A DNA stretch of 52,140 bases, the filler included, from Jimgerdemannia flammicorona (Eukaryota): assembly GCA_003990765.1 (NCBI GenBank). It is 2 parts of 2 records of this genome, joined end to end, with 100 filler letters (N's around TTAATTAATTAA, not from the genome) between each part and the next. Parts side by side here need not be neighbours in the genome. Positions count along the whole stretch, not along the records: positions 1 to 26,023 come from RBNJ01000766.1; positions 26,124 to 52,140 come from RBNJ01000767.1. One strand, written 5' to 3'. Position 1 is the first letter of the stretch. Each line of letters begins with the position of its first letter. The notes under the pieces were generated by a model. The model did no database searches, was not told the DNA's origin, and saw only the letters and a program-made list of their open reading frames with translations. Both the position numbers and the translations under genes were made by a program. Of this stretch, positions 13,537 through 26,319 are shown in pieces.

Positions 13537-15025
13537 TATCATATAGTAGTTGCTGAGTCCTTCAAATATGCCAGATTCTCTTCAAGGTATATCTCTTAGA
13601 CTAACTCAAGTTTGTTATAAGCAAGTTCTTATTGGAGTACCTTCCCAAGGTCTTATAGTCCTCAAACTTCTTATCTTTAAACTGTCTTATTATCTCTTAG
13701 ATTGCTTGCAAGAAAGTATATATATTATACTAAGAAGACTGACTTTATTTCAGAGGAAATAAGAAGAGTATTTATACAAAATATAATTCAATAGTTGCTA
13801 AGATATAAAGCTAAATATAAATTCCAATAACTAAAACTACTAAGTTCCAAGGTCAGTACTGATGATTGTATAGGTTCAGGATGCTGGTATTATTCAATAT
13901 TACATCAAAATACTGATGCTTACATTATTCAGTATAATATTGAACTTAGAGTAGAAAGTTCAGAATCATGAGGGCTTCATCCTTATTGTCACTAAAGGAG
14001 ATGAGATCTGCAAATTCGTCATCATCATCATATAGGTCATGCATCTCGCATATATTATACGTTTCATATGCTTTGATATTGTATGGGATGACATCATCAC
14101 CGATGATGTCATCACATTCAGTGGCAGTAAAAACAAGGAGATCTGAAGCTCTCCAGTCTATAAAGTTCTCTTCCACAAAATAGAGGACAAATGTGGGGTC
14201 TTGGGGAGGTCTAATCTGGATACTTGGGCCTTGGAATACTGAGATCAATCCTTGTAGGAATTGGTCTGAGTTGTCCTGAAGGATGAGATACTAGAAGTCT
14301 TCTGCTTCATCACTATTGAGGGTGATAGTGGACTGGGCTTCTGTAGCCACCCTGACTTCTAGTGTATTGATATGGCAGGATGATAGATCTCTGAAATCTG
14401 AGACTCTAACATACTCCAAGTTAGAGATCAACCATGGTGCATGTCTGAAAATCTGATAGATCTTCTTAGCTATCCTCATTTCACATATATCCATAGGAGT
14501 GGCATCTTGTAGCTCTTAAGTGCTGGTCTGTGGGAACTCCTAGTAGAGGAGGTTTCCTATTTCATACTTTTGCCATATTTGGAGGCATTCAGTAGTAATG
14601 GTGATCCTGGTTTCCATTTCATGGCAGTAGAGGATATAGTGATAAGGGTCACCAGTACCCAGGTTGATACTAGAAGTCCTTCTTAAGCAGGTCCTCATAG
14701 CTCTTCTGATGTCTTGGAACATCCTTTCTTCGACTGAGGTATCTTGGTAGTTCCTTGACCTTGAGATTTGGCAGACAGCAGGCATTTCATTTATGGTAAG
14801 TCTTTGGGCTATTTTGGGATTGGTGGGTCTTATTGGTTGCTATTACTGTGGTTTCTTGATCCTTCTTTTATATTTCCCAAGATACTCATATTGTGGTCAC
14901 AATGACTTATAGTTGGTCATCATTGCTTATCTTATATGCCATATGATCTCTTTATGCTCTGATCTGGTGGCTTGTGAGGAAAGGCTCTCTTGTACTGATG
15001 TCATCATTCTGAGGTCACCATTAAA
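13537..15025 (-). repeat. 5' LTR of the Gypsy element
   Basis: Direct repeat of 455-1937. Confidence 0.93.
13946..14785 (-). pseudogene. LTR-encoded ~279-codon ORF of unknown function (second copy at 852-1695)
   Basis: ORFs 14540-14785, 14291-14494 and 13946-14248 share one frame, broken by two TAG codons that are CAG and TGG in the other LTR. Confidence 0.7.
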
Positions 15026-16084
15026 ATAGATTATTAATGATAATATTATAGAATAAGATATAACTTATTAATTAATATTAACTTATTTAAATATATATAA
15101 TTTAGATACTAGATTCTATGGCTCCCACTGATAAAGATATGCAAGATATAGTAATTGAAGAGAATGAGTGAACAAAATTGAGAGAAGTTATTAAAGTTTT
15201 GGAGGTAAGTAAAAAGGTATTTATTAGTATTTTTACAGATTTAGTTTTACTTTACTCATCTTTTTTTATACTTTTATGCTTGATTTTCCTTTAGTATTTT
15301 AATGAATATACAAAAGAAGTTGTTTGGCAAAAGTTCTAATGATATATTCTGCAATTCTGATATATAATCTTTTAATTGATCAACTTGAAGATCTGCTAGA
15401 CTTATTGGAGAATGAAGATACATCTCTCTCAAGATAAAAAAAAACTATCAAAGTAGCTTTGAAGAAGCTTAAAAAATATTATTCAAAACAGGTACTTCCA
15501 TATTTTCTATCAGTACTAGTAAGTAAAGTATTGTTTTTTATAAATTAAAATAAGAAATTTCATTATTTTGATTATAATTTCAATATTTGACCAGTTTTAG
15601 ATTTACAATTAAAGCTCTAATATCATAAAGATCAAGACTGGGAAAAATAATTTATTGAAGAGACAAAGCAATCAATTACAGATATATATCAGAAAAACTA
15701 TATACCTCTATTGGGTTCTGACTATAGTTTGGATAACTATACAAATAATTCTATTATACAGTATCTTTATAGTAAAAAAAGAAAAAAAAAAATCTTCAAT
15801 AGATGAGCTTATAATATATTTGTCTACTGATTAAGTAGTCTTATTGAAGGGTATTGGTATATTAGATTGGTAGAAGATAAGAATTTTCATAATTATTTTT
15901 ATTAAATATTACAAGTTTTTGTCTCTAAAATTCTCTATATTTTAAATTTATAGAGATATCAAATGGACTTTTCTAATTTGAGTAATATGGTCAGAGATTA
16001 TCTGGCTATTTCTGCAATAAGTATACTAGTTAAATGGGTGTTTTTCAGTAGTAAAGAGCTTGTTATATTAAGGAGATACTCTTA

Positions 16085-17246
16085 CCTCTTTCTCCACTAC
16101 CTTACTGGTCATAATAGTTTGGTAAACAACCTTCTAAGTCTACTTTCCACAATTATTACTCTCTCTATCTTGGGTTGGTTTGCTGTACCTATTATAGGGT
16201 AGTGAGAGAGAGACAATAGTAATGAGTTGCCCCTTTATTGGTATCAGATCAGTATCTTCTCTACTTTTTTACAGTTTCTAGTATCTTTGGCTATATCTAG
16301 AGTATATCTATTTTAGTGCAGTACCTTCTTCCTTTTGCTATCACCAACAAGATACTGTCTCAGTATATCACAGGCTGTATAGAGAGTCAGCCAACCTTGG
16401 ATATCAAGTGCTCAATATAGGTTATCTATAGGTTCTCAGTACCTGTAGTGAGACTCTCTAGCTTTGGCAAGCTTCTCAGTGAGCACAGTTCTGATATAGA
16501 TGACTGCTTTTCAGATGTTATCAGGATGGGAGAGAAGATGGCCATCACAGATAGGAGGAAGGGTGATAACAGTAGACCAGTAGGGTATCAGGCTGGGGGC
16601 AATTGTCAGGGCTAGGGTGGGTACTGCTTTAGTGGAGCCTTTTGATTGGTGCAGAGTAGTTAGGTGATAGGTATCACTCTTGGCTTCTTTTGGTGATTTA
16701 GCAGGTTGGGCCCTAGTCATTTGGGGGCCTGAGGCTAACTATTTTAGGTATCTTGGCTACACTCAACTAAAACTGAGAGCTGACATAGCAATATAATCGA
16801 GACTCACAGACTTGAGTAGTGGGGTATTGGGGGTCTTCTTCCATCTCATGTATAAGTTCTTTACTCACCTTGACTGAGAGAACCAGGCCCTATCTACTGT
16901 AATATACTTTGATGAGAGTTTTTTCTTTATCTGTCATTCTTTTTAGGGTAGTAAGAGCTATTCTATTTGGCTCAGGTATGGTCTTATACATATATTGGGG
17001 TCTCAGGCATACACTTTCAGTCATTGGTATATGGCTGAGTTCCCCTAGTAGTAGGGAGAGCATGGTATACAGAATGAGGTACAGGCCAACATAGGTCCTG
17101 CTGTATCTGATATAGTTAAACTACTGGACAATAGCTAGTCTAGGTTAATGAGAGAGCAGTACTTAATGAGTGGTGGGGGAGGGTTTTGGCCTATATAGTC
17201 TAGATTCTCTTCTAATAAAAATCCATAGGACTTGAGTTAATTAAAA
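16085..17246 (+). mobile_element. ~1.2-kb polyadenylated retroelement, copy 1
   Basis: Colinear with 44602-45796. AATAAA is followed by a poly(A) tail. Confidence 0.8.
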
Positions 17247-18168
17247 AAAAAAAAAAAAAAAAAAAACATTACTATTAATATTAGTATCTTCAGAAATCTC
17301 CAAGTTAGTATTATTATTCTTATTTTTATTACATATCTACATTATCTATATACTCATTCTCTTAGTTTTTTTCAGATTTAATATCATTAGGGAGATTTTC
17401 TCTATATATCTTATCTTTCAGATCTTCTACTTTATTTTCTACCACTTTGAGTTCCAGTGCTACTGTAGATTTGATATTAGGCTTTTTGTCAAATAATTCT
17501 TTTATTCAGAAAAACTGGGGGCATATCTACTCTAGCTTATTATTAATTATCATATTCTTTATAAGCTACTTTTTGCTAAGACTTATCCCTGTCTCCTTTT
17601 GACTCTTTTTTAAAGTTTCCTTGAACTTCTTTTTGTATATATCCCACCACTGCATCATATTGTTGATAGAGATCATAAGACCTTTTGTCTTGATATTCTT
17701 TGATACATAAGTACACTATCATCAGACTAAAGACTATAATCTTTATGATTTTGAAGTTACTATCAATACCTATTTTCTTAGAAATTCTGTAAATAGCTTT
17801 GAAATTCTCCTTATTTTCAGCTAGCCCATAATTATGCAGTAGTAATTGGGAGATAGACAGATCTTCTTATTGGTCTTCTCTTCATTGTCACTCATATTAT
17901 CTGAAAGCAGTAAGGAATGATGTAAGACTAGAACTATAGAAAAGTAGAAATTATAGTAGATACTGTAGCAAGTGGTAGGTACTTTATTCTTTGTTGAAAT
18001 TGTCCAAGGGTTGGAGATCAACATGATTTAGTAGTGTAGGTGTAGGTCATAGGTGGGGGTGTTCATAGGGTATTTATGATATTTTGGCCTCTTATGATAT
18101 GATAAGTCAAAATCATGTGCCTCAAGAGGCAGCTGATTATGATTTGGAAATCATATCATAAGGCTCTG
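17247..18168. mobile_element. Unclassified decayed repeat or transposon end
   Basis: CpG-depleted sequence ending in a 13-bp inverted repeat (18091-18103 / 18150-18162), just before CpG-rich unique DNA. Confidence 0.3.
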
Positions 18169-18613
18169 TGTTATCATGAGAAATTTTTCCAAAATATCAT
18201 ATGCCATTTCACCCATCTTTGATTCGAGTCCTGCTTGTGCAGATGGAGCCGTAGATGAATTCGCTGCGAACGTGATTCAGAATTGACGGTGATGGTCTTG
18301 GTGCGTGGCATGTCGTTAAAGGAGTTTCGAACATTCGAAATCTTTCCAAAGTTTATGAGGTCATCAGGCCGCTGTCACCAAGACGTAAGGTAAACGCAGT
18401 ACACAGTTTCGCCCTTGCTCAAGGGGCTCATCAGTTGGTTCAAGAGCAACCAAGACCGGCGTGGGACCTGCGCTGATACACCCAAGGCGTTCCACCCTAA
18501 GCTGGCCTACTCACGTGACACTGAGGAATGACGTGTAGCAAACAATGAAGGTGACTCAGCCCCGCAGTCAAACGTTCCTTTGCACATTTCAATACTCTGC
18601 CAAGAGCATTGCA

Positions 18614-20093
18614 ATGGACAATTCCTCACAAAACGAAATCAGGATCACCTCCCATGCCACCCCAGCTTCAAACGACACCGACTTGGAACTTTTCTCCGAT
18701 TTCCAAATCCCCCGTTTGCAACCAGCTAGCGTGACCCTCGGCAACTTTATCGGTCAAGGCGCCTCAGCCCGTGTCTACAAGGGAACCATGCAGGGCTCAA
18801 CTGTGGCAATTAAGCAGTTCAAATTTCTCGTCTTATGTCCCGATGCCAAGGAGGTGGAGGCCACCATTCGTAACGAGTTGAAACTCCTCGGTCGTCTCCG
18901 TGACTCCAACTTTATGTTGCATACGTTTGGGTATATCCATGAGGCCTGTATGCTGTCGATTGTGATGGCCTATGCTGAAAACGGCGACTTACGGGGGTGC
19001 TTACGTACCGGAAAGCTCGCAGGCGACTGGCTGATAAAGGCCAAGTTTTGCATGGACATTGCAGTGGCGTTAGAATCTCTTCATAAACAAGGGATTATTC
19101 ACGGCGATCTCAAGCCAGAGAATATTCTGTTGGACAGTTCCCTGACACCAAAAGTAGGTTGCGAATTTTAGTTGATTAATGTGGATTTTCTAGTATGGGT
19201 CTCGATTTTAACAATTTTGTATTATCATTAAATATATTAAGATTTCAGACTTCGGCCTGAGTAAGACCTTCACATCCATCTCTCGAGGCTCTCAGCTTGG
19301 GCGAACTCTCCGCTACATTCCTCCAGAGCGTCTCTCTGATCAAAAGCTCACGCACCAAGAATTAATCCTGTGCGACATATATGCGTATGGGTTGATCGTA
19401 TTGGAGGTCGCAACAGATGGCAAACAGCTATATGGAGAAATGAGTAATCAGGCTGTGATAATCGCTAAAATTCGCGCAGTTGCTCAGCCGCATTACACTA
19501 GCGACCTTCCTTACGATACACCTCGGACATTTCGGGATATCGTAAATCAATGCTTGAAGTGTAATCCGTCAGACCGTCCATCTCTCACTTTAGTGCAGGA
19601 TTCATTCAAAGCATACGCTGGTAATACCCCACCGCCTCCGTCACTCCCTCGTACCGTCCCCAAAACACTATCACCGGTGCCAATCAAGGAAGGGGATAAT
19701 GGCGGGAGCACCGAAAGCAATGGTGGTGATAAGGAAGAAGGTGATGGACGAGGGAGAGAATATGTTAGAGTAGTATATGTTAGCAGTAGATATAAACGAG
19801 TTAGACAATTACGACGACGACGACTTCGATCAGGTGCCACAGAAGTGAGACCTTGTTCCACAGAAGTGGCACCTGGTCACGGGACTCTGCCACGTCCCGT
19901 GGTCATTATCGTTATTTTTTTTTTTTTACCCGGAACTGAGTCCGGGTCCGACGACCATGTAACGCCACCCATTTCGTATAACAAGCGACGCGTCATCTGC
20001 AGACCTACTCTAAACTCTACGGAGATGATTCGCGTTGAAGTTTCTAGGTACGAAGTGACCTCGCTGTGCCATGCACATTTTGCTTTGTCTTGA
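18614..20093 (+). CDS. Tyrosine-kinase-like (TKL) protein kinase, copy 1; intron 19154-19241; 3' end uncertain
   Basis: IGQGASARVY, VAIK, HGDLKPENILL. A GT-AG intron restores K-ISDFG, followed by TLRYIPPE, DIYAYG and PSDRP. The ATG at 18614 is shared with copy 2. Confidence 0.88.
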
Positions 20094-22068
20094 AACGAAA
20101 GGAACCACCCCCGCGATTAGTCGCAGCGAATCGCTGCTTTGCGGTGAAAACACCCTAAGTCACCAATGAAAATCGCTCACGACCCAACAACTTTTTTTTG
20201 ACAAAGCAGTATTCTACATCGTGGTTTGAACCATGGCAAAGAAGGTGCTAAATTACGCGTAAACGTCACCGTCTCGGCAAGCCCTGCATAGGACAGAATA
20301 TAGAACTTTTTGTTTTTGGAATCTCTGGGGTTCTATTATTGTATTGAGGGGAATGGGGAGGGGGGGGGGGGTTTGTTGTTTTTGGAACAATGTCATTGCT
20401 CTAATATTATAATATACTTTATAAAGTTCATTATTTACTATGGATACAAGAACCATCAGCCATCCATTATTTAACCGCATGTTTTCTCGGAAAAATTTTG
20501 CCGCGATCTTCTGTATGATCCATAGGTAAGAGAAGTGAGTATTTGTGAGCAGTCAGATGTAGAAAAATTTGATGGGATGATGTTAGATGGTGGGTGAGGA
20601 AAAGAGGTGGAATGCAGTTTGCGCCGTATCTTTCAGTGAGCAACATATTTGAACTAAATTGACACCTTGCAAAATCATGAAAGGGCACAAAACAAAACCG
20701 GAATCTCCGAGTCGTTGTTGATAAATGACGACATTACTTTTATATGCCAGTCGACAGTGTCCAAGGAGAAGTTATGACGCGGCCTCGATACGATGGATCG
20801 ACCAACAGGGTGTGTATGACGTGATCAGATCTGCTGGAAGAAGCCGCGATCCGCACAAGCCCTACATCATTACCATTTGTCGCGATGAGAATCTCGTGCA
20901 CAGGGGATCAAATGCTTGTGTGCTATTCGTTAACGTGCCAATGAATGCAATGACAGAAGGATCTACGCCCACTGTAAATGGTAGTCGATATAAGATGATA
21001 GCAGGAAGCACACAATTATAGCACGAGCGTGGTGAAGCCTTTAAATTGTCCACACAAGTATCATTATTGCAATGTTTGGCAAACCAATTTATATTTTTAT
21101 TTTGAGTTACTGAACGGTCTACTTGATAACTGATTGGCCACGTTAATGGCGCCTTTCCAAAAACTCTTTGATTTGTTACAAGTGCACCAAAAAATCGTTC
21201 GAGCTGTCACTACACAAAGGGAACAGACAAACAAAATCGAAAATGAAAGCTGCTCCAATAGATATGAAAAACACGTCCAGCTTGAATGTTACCAAAATAG
21301 CCTCTTGAATCGAACTTCGACGTCTGCTGGTTTTGTTTCGATATCGAATGAATGAGCGGCCCTCTCAAATATAGACAATAATATTCAAATGATGGATGAC
21401 ATGAATGTATCACTCTAGCAAAATATTTGATGACGAGGATCGAATTTGATAATAAAATTCCAAAAGTCCACGGAAAGGAAAATAGGCAAAGAAATATTTT
21501 CAAGCAATGATTATTAAACGGGACAAAAAGTCCGATGTGTGATAAAAAAATATTCTGATCCCCATACCCATCAGAAACCCAAACGAACAAGCCAATTTCC
21601 ACTTTTAACTATCCACTCATGCTACTCACACATTTTTGATCCTATCGAGCGCTTCTTTCGACGAGAGGATTCGCTGCTGCCGATGTTCGAGCGTGACGAG
21701 TGGCACCAGAATATGAGCTAATATACAGTCACACAGAACTTTTTGGCGGAACAACATAGTTGACTACATAATTACGCCATGCTTTTGTAGTATACCTGGA
21801 ATGAGATCTTTCTAAATTCACGAGGTCTTCGACGACGTTTCGGACTTGAGGTTTTTCCGCTGTTCAGGAAAGTAAGTTGTTAATTAGCAAATTCGTATTC
21901 GTATATACAAGACTTTATCCACGTGATCTTCCAAGCGGGTGGCCAGGTAACGACCAATCCCAAGAGAAACTGGTGACGTGTAGCAAACAATGGAGATGAC
22001 TCAGCCCCGCAGTCAATCGTTCCTCAAGTCACATCCCAATACTCCCAATACTACTCCCAAGCACCGCA

Positions 22069-23428
22069 ATGGACACTTCCTCACAAAACGAAATCAGGAT
22101 CACCTCCCATGCTGCCCCAGCTTCAAACGACGCCGACTTGGAACTTTTCTCCGATTTCGACATTCCCCGCTTGCAACCAGCTAGCGTGACCCTCGGCACC
22201 TTTATCGGTCAAGGCGCCTCAGCCCATGTCTACAAGGGAACATTGCAGGGCTCAACTGTGGCAATTAAGCAGTTCAAATTTCTCGTCTCAAGTCCCGATG
22301 CCAAGGAGGTGAAGGCCACCATTCGTAACGAGTTGAAACTCCTCGGTCGTCTCCGCGACTCCAATTTTATGTTGCATACGTTTGGGTATATCCACGAGGC
22401 CCATACACTCTCGATTGTGATGGCTTACGCTGAGAACGGCGACTTACGGGGGTGCTTGCGCACCGGAAAGCTCACAGGCGACTGGCTGAGAAAGGCCAGG
22501 ATTTGCGTAGACATTGCAGCGGCGTTAGAATCTCTTCATAAACAAGGGATTATTCACGGTGATCTCAAGCCAGAGAATATTCTGTTGGACAGTTCCCTAA
22601 CACCAAAAGTAGGTTGCGAATTTCAGTTGATTTTCTAGTATGGGTCTTGATTTTAACAATTTCGTATTATCGTTAAAATATATTAAGATTTCAGACTTCG
22701 GCCTGAGTAAGACCTTCACATCCATCTCTCGAGGCTCTCAGCTTGGGCGAACTCTCCGCTACATTCCTCCAGAGCGTCTCTCCCGTCAAAAGCTCACGCA
22801 CCAAGAATTAATCCTGTGCGACATCTATGCGTACGGGTTGGTCGTATTGGAGGTCGTAACAGATGGCAAACAGCTATATGGAGAAATGAGTAATCAGACT
22901 GTAATAATCGCTAAATTTCACGAAGTTGATCAGCCGCATTACGCTGATGGCCTTCCTGACGACACACCTCGGACATTTCAGGAAATCGTAAATCGATGCT
23001 TGAAGTATAATCCGTCAGACCGTCCATCTCTCACTTTGGTACAGGATTCATTCAAAGCATACACCGATAATATCCCATCGCCTTTGATACTCCTTCGTAT
23101 CATGCCCGAAACCCTATCACTGGTGCCAATCAATGAAGGTGATGACGCGGAAGAGGGAGGTGATGGAGGAGGGAGAGAATGTATTAGACTAGTACATGTA
23201 TATGTTAGCAGTAGACGTAAACGAGTTAGACAATTGCGACGACGACGACGACTTCGATCAGGTGCCACAGAAGTGAGACCTTGTCCCACAGAAGTGGCAC
23301 CTGGTCACAGGACTCTGCCACGTCCCGTGGTCATTATCGTTATTTTTTTTTTTTTTTACCCGGGACTGAATGCGGAAACGACTTGGACCTCCGACTCACA
23401 TAAATGTAACGTCGCCCATTTCGTATAA
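22069..23428 (+). CDS. TKL protein kinase, copy 2 (tandem paralogue); intron 22609-22687; 3' end uncertain
   Basis: Same catalytic motifs and intron position as copy 1; nucleotide sequence highly similar. Confidence 0.88.
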
Positions 23429-24099
23429 CAAGCGACGCGTCGTCCGCAGACCACCTAGTACTCCAATGGCTAATAGGTATCGTGTTGACTACCAAAATGT
23501 CGCAGTAACTATCTTTTCTTCTCGTATGCTCTAACAAGCGCATCACCCGATTTCGGGTTAGGGGAACGTGGCAAGGCGACGATGCGTCAGCCTTGTCCGC
23601 GGACCTACGCTACGGAGATGATTCGAAGGTTAGGCTATTTCTAGGTACGAAATGACCTCGCTGTGCGGATGTATGTGGGGAAGAAGAGCGTCTAATCTTT
23701 CTCAACACATTCTGCTTTGTCATGGAACCACAACCCGCGTTGTCATTTGTAGCCGCCAGCATTCCAACTGCCTCGTTGTGCGCGAGACTCGCGATTCTCC
23801 TAATCAATTCTCACGCGGTCCCTTTGCTAACTCAGCTATTTGTCTCTCTATCGTAACGATACTGTTGTTAATGCACGTACATATTAAGAAATCGAAGGTA
23901 TATGCCATTCCTGTTGTTTTTCTTCTCTCTCAAGCGGTCTGAATTTTGACATTAGTGCATCTTTATATTTCTAGCACAGTCATGCTGGTCTTCGTCTATT
24001 ATAGCATCCAAGAGAAGCATCTGACAGCGATAACCCCGAGAAACGCGCCGGGAGAGAGCGCGGTGAAGGGGGGCACGGTGAAGGGGGCCACGGTGAGGT

Positions 24100-25560
24100 G
24101 GGTGTATTATGGCTTTTGAATGCGACAGTCTGACAGACAGAAAGGACGTACAAAGGTGCGTAGGTGGCCATATGCCTCGATCCTCTCAACGTTGAAGGAG
24201 GGAGTCAGCGTAAGACCCTGGGAGGTTGCGCGGAGATGCTTTGGCGCAATGGCGTCGGAGAAGGCGAGGCCTGGTGAATACAGAGTGATGAAGTGAAAAG
24301 AGTTTGCAGTTCGACAGCTGCGACGTTGAGGAGGCTCAAGTAAGTAAGTCTATTCTGGTCATCTCTTTGACTGGCCAGAGCTAAGAAGATCTACGAGGAA
24401 CTGAAGATGTTTCGTAACACCGGTTTTATTCTCGTTCGATAGATTCTGACATGACATGATCTTATACATATATATATATCTATATAGACCAATGTAGTGG
24501 CGGATCAACGATGAATTGGGCGACGCATTCATGTAGCACCCATCAGGGGAAAAGTTCGTGCATCTAAATTCCGTATTCACATCTGCGCTGAATCTGTACT
24601 CAACCCGGAGCAGCTGGACAGTGCTGGGAGCGTTGTTTGGTTTATTTGAGCAAAGTGGTTTAATGACATATCTGTGTGATTGCAACCTGACAGTTTTTTT
24701 TTTTTACTCGCTAGCTTTTCAGCCGAACGACAAGCATTAGAAAGTGGAAAGTGTACATTGTGGTATCTACGAGGTGCGAAAATCATACAGGAACTGAGTG
24801 TAGGAAATTTGGAAATACTGGATTCGGTCCTTTTCGTTGGCAACGACAATACTAGCGAAGGGTTTTAATTTGGATATTTGCCACATTATGAATCTGCTTC
24901 GATACATGTAAGTCTGATAAATATTTCATGACTATGGCCCTTGTTTGTTGTTATCTATTTATTTTGATGAGGTACATAAGGATTATCAAAGCGAAAAATA
25001 TATATATATATTTATAAAAGCGCACATCTTGTGTTTGGTAGGGTTATTACCATTATTTTTGTCTGTGATCTCCCTTATCTTCACCTCGAATTTCTCGTCA
25101 CTCAATCGAATAATAGCGAAATGATACCGAGAGCATCGCAAGACCATCGATCACCCGCGTTGGAAAATGCCGATTGAATTGGATGCTTACCGTGTGTATA
25201 TATATATACCGTTATCGTCATTGGTCATCGCATACAGGCATACTAGAAGTTATCCTATCAGGGACATAATCTAGGGATAACCTGCCTTGGATCTGGGTTT
25301 TCGCTTTACAAACGAGCTGGGTCCCCACAAGAATAGGACACAAAGCCTTTGCGGAATGCATACAAGACTGATGAAATCTATCGAGGTCGCTGGTGGCGAA
25401 TTTGGTACTACGCGCCTTGACAAAGCTCACTATGCCCGATTTTTTTTTTACGTGCTTCCATTACAAATCTTAGTTGGGGGAAATTTCTATGCATCGATGG
25501 AGTTGGTAATACTCGACAGAATTAAGGAGATTGTCAATTATATTGCAGGTTATGGTAGGT
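24100..25560 (+). pseudogene. Possible decayed intron-containing gene of unknown family
   Basis: CpG-retaining DNA with GTAAGT donors, pyrimidine-rich acceptors and short open segments containing stops. No coherent model could be built. Confidence 0.2.
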
Positions 25561-26023
25561 AACCTGGTCACGTACAAAACTCTAACATCGATCTTTAGAT
25601 TCCAGTCTTGAAAATTATGACACTCACGTTCGGGGGGGGTACTCCATTCAGAAAGTCTTGCACACAATTACCTCTCGCTTCAACAAAGGACCAACTTTCT
25701 AACGGAAGGTCACCTCACTTGGACGATTTGAGGAAAAATATACGCTGGCAAAACAAAACAAAACAAAAAAAAAAATCCTAAGCCGTCCCTTACTAACAAA
25801 ATATGTTGCCATTTCAATTAGATGGTTTGTCGGTGCGAAATGCTTCAAAGTTGAAGAATCAAGGTGAGGGTGTTGAGGTCGGGTTTAGGGCGTTACAGGC
25901 CGTATCAGAGTGGCAGTGGTGCCCAAGGTGACGCCAGCGCGTGCTCTGGGTACGGCGGTGGTGCCCAATTAAATCGTTAACCATTACTAAATGCTTCTTT
26001 GAATGCTTTGATAATCGCAAAAA

Positions 26024-26123
26024 NNNNNNNNNNNNNNNNNNNNNNNNNNNNNNNNNNNNNNNNNNNNTTAATTAATTAANNNNNNNNNNNNNNNNNNNNN
26101 NNNNNNNNNNNNNNNNNNNNNNN
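26024..26123. other. Assembly gap with artificial TTAATTAATTAA linker
   Basis: N runs flank a palindromic 12-mer that stops all six frames; total length 100 nt. Confidence 0.97.
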
Positions 26124-26319
26124 TCTAAATGCTATGCTAAATCGGGGTATTCGATTTGGATAATGTCTAAGAAATTAGACAATGTCGAAATCGAGGACTG
26201 CTAACTATAAGGCTATACTACTTTGGGAATGGGTGCGATCAAGTGTCTATTCCCTATTTCCTTCTTCCAAATTCGACTGTACTGTCACAATGTATAACTA
26301 CTCTAAACCAAGAATAGGA

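Larger units (their letters stand above)
455..15025 (-). mobile_element. Full-length, inactivated Ty3/Gypsy LTR retrotransposon
   Basis: Two ~1.48-kb LTRs. 4-bp TSD ATAG at 451-454 and 15026-15029. Purine tract next to the 3' LTR and a TGG-starting PBS-like site 3 nt inside the 5' LTR. Domain order gag-PR-RT-RH-IN. Confidence 0.95.
60..16085 (+). mobile_element. Degenerate hAT transposase gene, split by the Gypsy insertion (parts at about 60-454 and 15030-16085)
   Basis: Hand translation gives decayed hAT motifs: DNVSNN (~120), AHVLNLAAQD (CxxH region, ~220-250) and LDISIYWNSTFMMIE (TRWNST, ~380-425). ORF 15963 reads FSNLSNMVRDYLAISAISILVKWVFFSSKELVILRRYS, matching the hAT C-terminal dimerisation motif (ARDYLAIPATSVPSERVFS). 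Confidence 0.8.

Noticed and set aside
18545..18613. Upstream ATG for kinase 1
   Set aside because: The equivalent ATG in copy 2 (21990) is out of frame, so the shared downstream ATG is preferred.
25881..25890. Internal TTTAGGG telomere-like word
   Set aside because: Single occurrence, expected by chance.
20100..25900. Gasdermin or amyloid-motif partner gene for the CHAT-NLR
   Set aside because: No such ORF was recognisable by eye; a profile search would be needed to exclude it.
26068..26079. Palindromic TTAATTAATTAA motif
   Set aside because: Scaffolding linker embedded in Ns, not biological.
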